IMG/VR virus record: IMGVR_UViG_3300045988_082153
Span: 1 to 64,000 of that record
Direction: 5' to 3' (one strand)
Length of the DNA: 64,000 bases
Source: a virus
In this document: positions 8,342-17,000 of the stretch, piece by piece
Position numbering within the stretch: the first letter of the stretch is position 1
How the letters are laid out: each line of letters starts with the position of its first letter
Program-made: the position numbers and the translations under genes
The notes under the pieces: model-generated
Database searches by the model: none
Told to the model about the DNA's origin: nothing
What the model saw: only the letters and a program-made list of their open reading frames with translations

Positions 8342-8799
8342 AGAAAGCTTTGGCTCTTGCATTGTTCGCTATTGCGCTCGTTTCATGTAGAGATAATTGT
8401 GCCAGAAAGCAAGGAGATTATGCAGTCGGAAAATATCTCTATATGGACTCTCAGCATAGATTACATATCAATAAAGACTGCTGGCGGATTGGTGATGTCG
8501 TGCAATTTTTAGATACGGCAAGTGTATATGCCAAAGACGAATTTCAATATTGCAAAGACTGTTTTACTGATACAACATACGAACATGTACAGGCTATATT
8601 GCATAATGACATGGACAGAAAGTGGTTGTATGAAAAATTAAAAGAAACTTATAATGATATGCCCACATATCAAGTGTATATCAATAAGCTTCATGATCCC
8701 AAAAAGGTAAAATTGGTTTATGAAGCTGCGTGTAACGAAGGGTGGGATGTAGGAACATACGAAGATTTTTCAAAGACAATAGGTTTTGAAAACAAATAA
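8338..8799 (+). CDS. lipoprotein, translationally coupled to the repressor (moron / superinfection-exclusion candidate)
   Basis: Lipobox MKKALALALFAIALVSC. The ATG overlaps the repressor stop (ATGA at 8338-8341). The Cys-rich middle carries paired Cys motifs (CRDNC and, near residue 75, CKDC). The C-terminal 59 aa share a module with the N-terminus of the 6640-aa protein. Confidence 0.6.
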   Translation: MKKALALALFAIALVSCRDNCARKQGDYAVGKYLYMDSQHRLHINKDCWRIGDVVQFLDTASVYAKDEFQYCKDCFTDTTYEHVQAILHNDMDRKWLYEKLKETYNDMPTYQVYINKLHDPKKVKLVYEAACNEGWDVGTYEDFSKTIGFENK

Positions 8800-8800
8800 A

Positions 8801-9187
8801 ATGGATAAAGATTTGAAGAAGCTGAAGATATTGATGAATGCCATCAATGAAGTTGAAGAAGAAAACCAAGAGGAGGAATTCGATGAGGCTTCAGACTTCT
8901 ATGCAGAACTGAAAGAGGCTGCATGGAATATCCTGCATGAAAACCCCGGTACAGATTTCGGGGATTGGCAGATGATGCTCATCGAGCAGTACCCGACGGA
9001 AGTAGTGGACGCATTGGGCACCAACCCTCCTGAAGTCTTTGCGGAACTTTCCGACTGGTGGGACTGCATGGACTACGACGACGGAGTGCTGGAGATACCG
9101 CACACGTTCCGGGAATGGGCAGAGTATTTCGCCACCGAACGTTCCGTGGAACTATACGACCTACTTGTTGAAGCGAAGCGCAAATAA
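8801..9187 (+). CDS. highly acidic hypothetical protein
   Basis: ATG at 8801 (MDKDLKKL). By hand count about 34 Asp/Glu versus about 10 Lys/Arg in 128 aa. Last gene of the repressor operon. Confidence 0.5.
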   Translation: MDKDLKKLKILMNAINEVEEENQEEEFDEASDFYAELKEAAWNILHENPGTDFGDWQMMLIEQYPTEVVDALGTNPPEVFAELSDWWDCMDYDDGVLEIPHTFREWAEYFATERSVELYDLLVEAKRK

Positions 9188-9362
9188 GGCGTTTTAAGCG
9201 TCTGTTTTCGTCAAGACAACAAAACCCTCATCCGAGCACACAAAGTTCGTCAGAGGGGCAAAATAACGGCTCAGGACGGCATTGTGATGCCGGAGTCAGA
9301 GTCGCACAAACAAATGAGATTAGCACGATAAGATTAGTTAATTCACCTCTTTTGATAGAGAC

Positions 9363-9613
9363 GCTTACAAATTCTTCAAAAGTCCCTCATAATGAGAGGG
9401 TGAAATCAGCTGCGCAGGCTGCTGTAGAGGAATAATAAGATAAGCCCTCGTAACTAACGAGTTAGGCGGTAAGTCTCTGATAATAAAGAGGCTTGCCGCC
9501 TAAATTGTTTTTGGTGGGTCTGCACGTTCTGCACACTAATCATGCAGAATTTGTAGGCTTTGCTTACAAAAACTGACACAAACTTTGGTGGTCGTGCTTA
9601 CAAGTGCTTACAA
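9363..9613. promoter_or_regulatory. Repeated GCTTACAA sites and a 7-bp inverted repeat upstream of int (attP / integrase-binding candidate)
   Basis: GCTTACAA occurs at 9363-9370, 9562-9569, 9596-9603 and 9606-9613. The last two form a perfect tandem GTGCTTACAA x2 (9594-9613). Inverted repeat TTCTGCA (9527-9533) / TGCAGAA (9543-9549) with a 9-nt spacer. Confidence 0.4.
9465..9512 (+). terminator. Rho-independent terminator of the repressor operon
   Basis: GGCGGTAAGTCTCT / AGAGGCTTGCCGCC stem (two G-U pairs), 8-nt loop, followed by TAAATTGTTTTT. Confidence 0.55.
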
Positions 9614-9649
9614 ACGATTTTTGATGAACAACAAAATAGAATTGAAATT

Positions 9650-11146
9650 ATGGCTCTATTCAAAGCAACGGTAAGAACGCCACGAAAGGACGGCTTCTAC
9701 CAAGTGTACATCCGGGTGATGCAGAACCGCAAACCCGGCTACATCAAGACAGACAAGGTTGTTACCAAGAAACAGCTTGATCGAGAAGGGAATATTACCG
9801 ACCCATTTGTGACGGAATATTGCGCAAGGCGCATATTGAGGTTTAGTGAGCTGCTTAACAGGGTGGACTGCACAAGGTGGACGGTCAGGCAGATCATTGA
9901 GTATGTGACGAAGGAGGACGAGGACTTGTGCTTCTCTGACTATGCTGCACTTCACATAGACCGTATGATTGACAATGGACAGGTGCGGAATGCCAAGAAC
10001 TACAAACTGGCGTTGCAGCACATGGAGAGGTTTGCAGGTACCAACAGGCTTATGTTCGGACAGCTGACATCGACATTCGTGAACCGATGGATAGCTACGT
10101 TGGAGCAGACGCACAGGGCAAAGGAAATGTACCCTGTGTGCATAAGGCAAGTGTTCAGAGCTGCTATCAAGGAATACAACGACTACGACAACGGCATCAT
10201 CCGTATCAGGACGAACCCTTGGGGCAAGGTGAAGATACCACAGGCGGACCGCTCGACAAAGATTGCCATCAGCCCGGAGGAATGCCGACTGTTCTTTGCC
10301 GCTCCATTGCCGGAAACGAAGTTCATTGACCCGGTGCCAGAGATTGGGCGTGACGTGGCCAAGATGATACTTTGCCTTGCAGGTATCAACACGGTTGACC
10401 TGTTCGAAATGCCAAGGGACGGCTATCACAACGGAATATTATGCTACAACAGGGCGAAGACGAAGAAGGTACGCACGGATGATGCGTATATCGAGATGCG
10501 CGTGGAGCCGGTTATCCAGCCATTGGTGGAGAAGTACAAATCGCACGATCCAAACGACAAGTACTTTTTCAACTTCCATGAAAGGTTTTGTGACAGTGAC
10601 TCTTTCTGTGCTTGTGTGAACAAAGGCATCAAGATGGTTTGTGAGAGTATGGGCATACCGAAAGCGAAGCAGTACAAGGCATACACGTTCCGGCACACAT
10701 GGGGAACAGTGGCGCAGAACGACTGCAAAGCATCCATTGACGAGGTTGCATTTGCCATGAACCACTCTCATGGGCGCACCATCACACGAGGTTATATCAA
10801 GTTGGACTTTACACCGGCGTGGGAACTCAACGCTAAAGTGATTGACTTCATCTTCTTCAGCACACGCAGGAGCAAGCAGGGAATGGCGCGAGACGTTGAC
10901 GAACGGAAGGACGCTTTGTTCCGCATAGCACCGAAGTACATGATATATGCCCGGGCCTACTTCCGTGGTGAGGTTCTGGCCGAGGTGAGCGACATCGGCT
11001 TCAGCAACATTGACGGGATAATATCACGGCTGGTGGCGAAGCTGCCGGACAGCATCCCGGAAAGATGTGCAGTTCAATTCAGAATTAAAAACGTTGACAC
11101 GGAACGTGAGGCGGTGTATGAACGCACCAAAGGTAAGGGCTTTTAA
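9650..11146 (+). CDS. int: tyrosine recombinase / phage integrase (Bacteroidetes type with N-terminal arm-binding domain)
   Basis: ATG at 9650 (MALFKATVRTPRKDGFYQVYIRV, arm-type N-domain). SAM-like core-binding region. Catalytic region YTFRHTWGT...HSHGRTITRGYIKLD. About 110 aa of extra C-terminal sequence. Confidence 0.85.
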   Translation: MALFKATVRTPRKDGFYQVYIRVMQNRKPGYIKTDKVVTKKQLDREGNITDPFVTEYCARRILRFSELLNRVDCTRWTVRQIIEYVTKEDEDLCFSDYAALHIDRMIDNGQVRNAKNYKLALQHMERFAGTNRLMFGQLTSTFVNRWIATLEQTHRAKEMYPVCIRQVFRAAIKEYNDYDNGIIRIRTNPWGKVKIPQADRSTKIAISPEECRLFFAAPLPETKFIDPVPEIGRDVAKMILCLAGINTVDLFEMPRDGYHNGILCYNRAKTKKVRTDDAYIEMRVEPVIQPLVEKYKSHDPNDKYFFNFHERFCDSDSFCACVNKGIKMVCESMGIPKAKQYKAYTFRHTWGTVAQNDCKASIDEVAFAMNHSHGRTITRGYIKLDFTPAWELNAKVIDFIFFSTRRSKQGMARDVDERKDALFRIAPKYMIYARAYFRGEVLAEVSDIGFSNIDGIISRLVAKLPDSIPERCAVQFRIKNVDTEREAVYERTKGKGF

Positions 11147-11151
11147 TTTTT

Positions 11152-11185
11152 TGTCCGGCTTTGCAATTGCAAGGTCGGACATTTT
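11152..11185 (+). terminator. terminator after int
   Basis: TGTCCG...CGGACA stem enclosing the palindrome CTTTGCAATTGCAAGG, followed by TTTT. Confidence 0.5.
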
Positions 11186-11347
11186 CATTTTGTAGTATCT
11201 CAGAAAGTAAAAAAAGAACTTCAAACTCGAAGTCTTTTTGTCGTCGTTGTTGTGGTATTATACGACGTAAGGAGTATAATATATATCTATATTCCTTTAT
11301 CCTTTATGTTTATATAACATTCGTTATATCTATACGCGCGCGCGAGG

Positions 11348-11731
11348 AAAACCCCATAGGGGATATTATTTGTGTCGAGTTTTCTTCTTTTGAAAAACCC
11401 CTTAGGGGTTTCTGAAATAACCCCATAGGGGTTTTTATTCGCTGTAACGTCTTAAATATCAACGGATAACGGCATTTTGTGTTTTTCGCTTTTTGTCATA
11501 GTTCATTAGGGTTTAAGCATGTTCTTTACAATTCGTTTCAGTGGAGTTTTCTGTTTTAAGTCGTTGATTACTTGGAAAATTATGTAGTTGTCGAGGGGTT
11601 TATTTACGGTTGATTTTCATGCAGTTAAAAAAACGGGTAAGGGGTTTTATAAATAACCCCATAGGGGTTTTTGTTTTGCGTTTTAATAACCCCTTAGGGG
11701 TTTCTGAAATAACCCCATAGGGGTTTTTATT
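11348..11731. repeat. Array of six AACCCC-N3-GGGGTT palindromes including a perfect 44-bp direct repeat
   Basis: Motif copies at about 11348-11364, 11394-11412, 11417-11436, 11651-11672, 11686-11704 and 11708-11728. The 44-bp AACCCCTTAGGGGTTTCTGAAATAACCCCATAGGGGTTTTTATT is identical at 11396-11439 and 11688-11731. No ORF >= 60 aa in the track beyond 11415 in the 11147-11839 region; one 84-aa low-complexity track ORF (11161-11415) covers its left part. Confidence 0.85.
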
Positions 11732-11839
11732 GAAGAGCATGAAAACAAAAACGACCCATCCTCACGGACAGGTCGAAGCCTAAAAAACTATGAGTAAACA
11801 AAATGAGTCGGTCTAAAAGTAGATGAAATAGAGACTGGC

Positions 11840-12178
11840 TTAATCGTCCTCGTCGTCATCATCTTCTTCCTCGCCACAAAGGACGCGCAGCTTGTCTTCG
11901 ATTGTGTGTACGCAGACGTGTGCGTTCATGTCAACGTCGATAGCCTTCATCTTTGGCGTGTGGAACTCCAGCAAGCGAAGTTCTGCGTTTACGCGATCGT
12001 CAGGCGCAAGCATCATCATGTCGCAATCGAAGTCTGACATTGTGCGCTTCTTACCGTCGTCGCCAACTATTTCCTTGGGTTCGAAGTATGCCAAGGAATG
12101 TGTTTTGATGAACCCTTTAATCGGGTTCTCCTTGTTTGGTGTGCCCTTTTTCCGGCCACCGGTCTTCATTCCCTTCAT
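11840..12178 (-). CDS. hypothetical DNA-binding-like protein (basic GGRKKGTPNK N-terminus, poly-acidic C-terminus); possible small terminase-like
   Basis: MKGMKTGGRKKGTPNK motif. C-terminus EEEDDDDEDD. The longer track ORF starts at a TTG (12211). Confidence 0.4.
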   Translation of the reverse strand: MKGMKTGGRKKGTPNKENPIKGFIKTHSLAYFEPKEIVGDDGKKRTMSDFDCDMMMLAPDDRVNAELRLLEFHTPKMKAIDVDMNAHVCVHTIEDKLRVLCGEEEDDDDEDD

Positions 12179-12284
12179 ATTGATATGTTTTGTGTTGCGC
12201 CGTTGGCGCAAAAGTTAAAAGTACTGGGCAAAGATACATTACTAATTTAGCGCACGATTTATAACTTTTGAAACATAAAACGAT

Positions 12285-12782
12285 ATGGGACTAATTGGTA
12301 GCATAGCAGGAGGCGCACTCGGAGCAGCCGGCAGCATCTTTGGCGGCATCAGCGCAAGTAAGGCGATGAGACGAGTGAAGAAGAACCTCCAAGCACAGAA
12401 GGAGGCCAACCAGAACTGGTATGACCGTCGTTATAACGAGGATGCGACGCAGAGGGCGGACGCTCAGCGCATACTCACCCAGACGGAGGAGAGCATCAGG
12501 AACCGCAACCGACAGGCGGCAGGTGCCCAAGCCGTGATGGGTGGTACTGACGAGAGCACAGCAGCAGCCAAGGCCGCGAACGCACAAGCATTGGCTGCTG
12601 CAACGTCGCAGATAGCTGTTAATGCGGAGAACCGCAAAGACCAGATTGAGCAAACCTATCAGCAGCGCGACTCGCAGATCAACGAAGCGTTGAACAATTT
12701 GGAGATTAATAAGGCACAAGCCATCAGTCAAGCCGTGCAGGGCGTAGCCAAAGCAGGTGCAGGGATTGCTGGAGCCTTCTAA
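12285..12782 (+). CDS. glycine-zipper virion/ejection-type protein (hypothetical)
   Basis: Gly/Ala-rich hydrophobic ends (MGLIGSIAGGALGAAGSIFGGISA; VAKAGAGIAGAF) flank a Q/A/N-rich helical core. First gene of the rightward virion block. Confidence 0.45.
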   Translation: MGLIGSIAGGALGAAGSIFGGISASKAMRRVKKNLQAQKEANQNWYDRRYNEDATQRADAQRILTQTEESIRNRNRQAAGAQAVMGGTDESTAAAKAANAQALAAATSQIAVNAENRKDQIEQTYQQRDSQINEALNNLEINKAQAISQAVQGVAKAGAGIAGAF

Positions 12783-12793
12783 AAACATTCGAC

Positions 12794-14002
12794 ATGAGTA
12801 ATTGGACAGAAGAACAGCAGGAACAGTACGAGCAGGGCAATGATGGTGGATATACCCCACCTAAAGGTTCGCTTGACTGGGCCGAGCAGCCTACACAGCC
12901 AGAGCCAGCACCGAAAGGGACGGAGGCATGGACCGAGCAGCCTACACAGCCAGAGCCAGCACCGAAAGGGACGGAGGCATGGACCGAGCAGAACAGCGGA
13001 GGCAATGCACCGGAGCCGTCGGAGTCGAAAGAACCACCAAAGACAGATGTGGCACCACCTGCCGACAAGCCAGCCGGTGTGTCGCCACACAACGACACGA
13101 TGGGCTACGACCAGCAGATAGCAGCCTTGCAGGAAGCCGCTAACCGCGTGAAGCCGGAAACCGAGGAGGAACGCAAGAAGAGAGAACGCAGAGAGAAGTC
13201 AGCGAAGATTGTTTCAGCTGTCAGCGACGGTCTGCAAGCGTTGAGCAACCTTTTCTTCACTACTCGCGGTGCTCCTAACATGTATGACCACAAGGAGGCA
13301 AGCCAGCTCACGCCATTGCAGGAGAAACTGGAGAAGCTGAAAGCTGAACGACAAGCCAACGCGGACAAATACCTCCAGTATTCACTCAAAATCGGTGACG
13401 CACAGAATGAGCGTGCCAAGACCTTGCGAGAGATGGAAGCTGAGCAGGAAAAGCAAAAATTGGCACGTGAAAAGGCACAACGTGAGCAAGAAGAGCACGG
13501 ATGGCTTGCGGCATTGCAGCCAGACAAGCAGCGTGAGCAAGCTGGTAAGGCTACTAAAGCCGAACAGGAGGCTGTTACCGCCAAGGCAGAAGCGGACAAT
13601 GCTCCTGATCTCTACAAGGCAAAGGTTGATACCGAAAAGGCACGAGGTGAGGCACAGAGAGCGTCGGCTGCATCAAGCCGGGCAGCGGCTACAGACCATT
13701 ATGCTTCGGCAAGAGCGCACGACCGCTCCAACAACGACGAGTTCAGTGCATGGGACGAGAATGGACGCGAACACAAGTTCAGAACGGCAGCAGCTGCGGA
13801 GGCTTTTGCCAAACAGCACGGCACATTCGAGGAGACCGATGTCACCTCTACAAGCACAACTGACAGCGAGACCAACGGCAAGTCCACTACTACCTACAAG
13901 AAGAAAAGTGGCTATGCCAAGCGCGTAGTTCCCGATAATACGCCCCCAAGCAGAAGACGCGGAGGCAATAAAGATAATACACCACCAAGCAGAAGAAGAT
14001 AA
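12794..14002 (+). CDS. repeat-containing charged coiled-coil protein (virion-associated, hypothetical)
   Basis: 402 aa. Internal 17-aa tandem repeat, long E/K/A/R helical region, duplicated DNTPPSRRR C-terminus. The stop shares one nt with the ATG of the giant gene (TAATG). Confidence 0.55.
   Translation: MSNWTEEQQEQYEQGNDGGYTPPKGSLDWAEQPTQPEPAPKGTEAWTEQPTQPEPAPKGTEAWTEQNSGGNAPEPSESKEPPKTDVAPPADKPAGVSPHNDTMGYDQQIAALQEAANRVKPETEEERKKRERREKSAKIVSAVSDGLQALSNLFFTTRGAPNMYDHKEASQLTPLQEKLEKLKAERQANADKYLQYSLKIGDAQNERAKTLREMEAEQEKQKLAREKAQREQEEHGWLAALQPDKQREQAGKATKAEQEAVTAKAEADNAPDLYKAKVDTEKARGEAQRASAASSRAAATDHYASARAHDRSNNDEFSAWDENGREHKFRTAAAAEAFAKQHGTFEETDVTSTSTTDSETNGKSTTTYKKKSGYAKRVVPDNTPPSRRRGGNKDNTPPSRRR
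12882..12991 (+). repeat. 51-bp in-frame tandem repeat (2 full copies plus 8 nt)
   Basis: CCGAGCAGCCTACACAGCCAGAGCCAGCACCGAAAGGGACGGAGGCATGGA starts at 12882 and 12933, with a partial third copy from 12984. It encodes EQPTQPEPAPKGTEAWT x2. Confidence 0.9.
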
Positions 14003-17000
14003 TGGCACAAGTAAACGATAATGACGACATCAAGTGGCTCTACGGCAAACTGAAAGCCAAGGGCTACAATATTGGCAGTGAAGCAGAGTTCAAGTCTTCG
14101 CTTGCCAACGGTGAAGACCGCAAGTGGTATTACGAGAAGGCCAAGGGCATGGGGCTTGACATGGGCAACATGGCCGACTTCGAGAGTATGTATGCACCAA
14201 AGGCGGCACCGGCACCCAAGAGGAAAGCCCCATCTTCTGGACAGCGGAGGCCAGCCTCAGCCGTTTCGGCATCCCCGGAACAGCCAAAGCAGCAGAAGCC
14301 GAAGGGCACGCCTATGACGGAGCAGGACAAAATCCGCATGAGCTTGCAGATGGGCCAGATGAAGCAGCAGGTGCAGCAGGGCATTGCCAACACCAATGCC
14401 AAGATTGGTCGCATGATGGAGCCGTTGACACAGAAAGGACGCGAGCGACGCAGACTTGGAGAGTTCCAAGCGCGTATGGCTGGCACTCCTACTCATGTCG
14501 TCGGCTTCAACACCGCATCCCCGGCTCCAGCAAGTAGTGGCGCACGTGGCGGCAGTCGGCAGAAGCCGGTGCAGAGCGAGCAGTCGCCTCAGCCATACGG
14601 CGTGAAGTATGAGAACGGCAAGGCGAAAACCCAGTGGGTATTGCCCGACGGTACGCTCACTACATCACTTATAGAGGCCAACCAAGCCGAGTATGAGGCA
14701 AGAACGGCACGTCTCGCCCACCAATTCCAAAACCGTATGAAGGAGAACGGACTTGACCCTAACAAGCCCGAGGACGTTCGCAAACAGGCGCAGCTGGACT
14801 ATGAGGCTCCTATGCGAAAGGCCATTGAAGACGAGTGGCAGCGTGCCGAAGCCGAGGACAGAGCGGCTGATGAGGCGTACCGCAAGGATATGGAACGTGC
14901 TGAAGGTGGCAGTTTCTGGGATAGGTTGAAGAAATCTATCACTCCTCTTGGTCCCGATGGTATGCCATTGCGACGAGGTGACGAGACTTTGCGCGACATC
15001 AAACGAGCAGCCAAGCGTCAGGACACGTTCAATCTGGAGAAGATGGCGCAGTCGGTGTTGCAGAATATGCCACAGGAGTATAAGGATAATCAGATGCTGA
15101 ACTACAGCCGCTATTTCCGCGAGCATCCGTCGGAGCTGAAAGGCAGAACGGTGTCGCAAGCTGCAAAGGAAGCCCTGCAAGGCGAGGTGTACCACGCTAC
15201 GTATGAGCGTGCAGTGCAAGCACGAATGCCTAAGAGTAAGACGGAGTTCCTTCTTCGCAAGGTTGCAGACCAGCCTTTCTTCTCACAGACGATTGCCGAC
15301 AATATGGCAGCACGTCTATTCTCCCACTCCATCGGAACAGAGGCCGCCGACATGGACGCGATGAGCAGATATGGCACAGATCATCGTGCGCTCGACATCA
15401 CTGGTACCGTTTTGAATATGGCTATTGACCCGACTACCTATATTTCGGGTGGTGTTGGTAGCTTTGCAGGTAAACAAGCCTTGAAACTGAGTGGCAAAAT
15501 GGCACTTAAAGGCGCAAGCAAGGAAGCTGCAGAGCGTTACGTCGGTCGTACACTTGCCGGACGTATGGTTGCAGGAGTGGCCGCAGGTTCTGCCAACTTC
15601 GGTACATTCGAGGGCTTGAAGAACATGCAGCAGCAGATGAGGCTGGGCGGAACATTGAACCCGGAAACTGGCGAGTATGAGTTTTCAGCTGGCGACATGT
15701 TGAAGGCGACCGGGCACGGCATGTTGCTCGGTTCGGTTACCGGTACCCTATCTCCAGTGTTGGGCAATGTGTCTGACAAGTTGGTGAAGGCCACCGAGAG
15801 CACGGCTGGCAAGGTGGGCATCCGTGCAGGAGAGCTTATGACCTCTACTGTTGCCGAGGGAACTATTTTTGCTACTCCCGAATGGATCGAGAACGCACAG
15901 TTAGCAGACGACGACCCAAGAAAGCGCAAGGCTATGGACATCTGGACGGACAACATGGCTATGATGTTGGGTTTCAAGGTAAGCCACGGCATCAAGTCGG
16001 CACCACAGGTTATTGCCGGTCTTCGTCCTATAGCTGAGCCTAAGACCATGGAGGAGCGCAACCGCAACCGAAGAAGTTTTGCAGAGAGACTACGTAAGCG
16101 CATGGATGCGAGTCCGCGTGACCTCGACTTCACCAAGGAGGAACGTGAGGAACTCAGACGCAACGGATATGGTGACCTTGCATCGCTCTTCACTCGCACA
16201 CCTAAGCAGCCGACAAAACCAAAAGCCAAGCCGACCATGACGGACGGCAAAACCATGACCTTTGACGTTGACTACCAACATGCAGAGGCCAAGCGTGTGA
16301 GCAATCCGGAGTTTGACGGCTACGAAGCTATGGAACGCCTCATGCAGGACCCGAACGTCAGTCAGAGCGCAAGAGCGAAGGCATATTATATCCTCACTGG
16401 ACGTATGTTGCCGATGGGCACCGTCACTGGTTATACAACCAATAAGGATGCGAACGGCGTGACTGTACAGGCTGTGACCGCACAAGGCGAGGTTGTAACG
16501 AGCCGCCACTTCAAAACTGAGGAAGGGGCAAAGAAGGAGGAGGCCAACATCATGCGTCAGGCCGAGCTTAATAGTGTGGACGTTGGTGAACGCTACAAGG
16601 AAGCAGCCGCCAATGCCAAGGTTGTGCAAGCCGCTGTTGAGTCTGTTGCACCCGGTGCCGACTTTGCCACTGTCATGCGCAACTACAAGGTTGTGAAGGA
16701 GGGCGACAAGGATGCTATTGCGGCCTATGGCAAGATGGTTGAGGATATAGACCGCGCCATTGAAGCCAACAAGACAATGGCAGACGGTGAACGTCCGGAA
16801 GCCATCCGCGCATCAATCAAGGAGGAAACCGGCGTGGACGTTGACGCTACACTACGCAAGGAGCCGAAAAACCGCACCGAAGAGGAGCAAGCAGCTGTAG
16901 AAGACTATATCAAGCGTTTGTTCCCAGAACAGAAGAGCGAGGAGGCAGGAGCCAGCGCAGAGGCAGAGCAGCCTATGTCGGAGGCAGAGTCAGCCGCCGC

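Noticed and set aside
9656-10429. 257-aa minus-strand ORF
   Set aside because: Antisense to the integrase CDS, which has clear tyrosine-recombinase motifs.
11348-11731. Palindromic repeat array considered as a CRISPR array
   Set aside because: The units are only ~15-20 nt. Spacing is irregular (adjacent pairs, then a ~210-nt gap). Two 'spacers' are identical because the whole 44-bp block is duplicated. No cas genes are present.
12291-12860. 189-aa minus-strand ORF
   Set aside because: Antisense to the 165-aa glycine-zipper gene. Cys/Leu-rich low-complexity translation.
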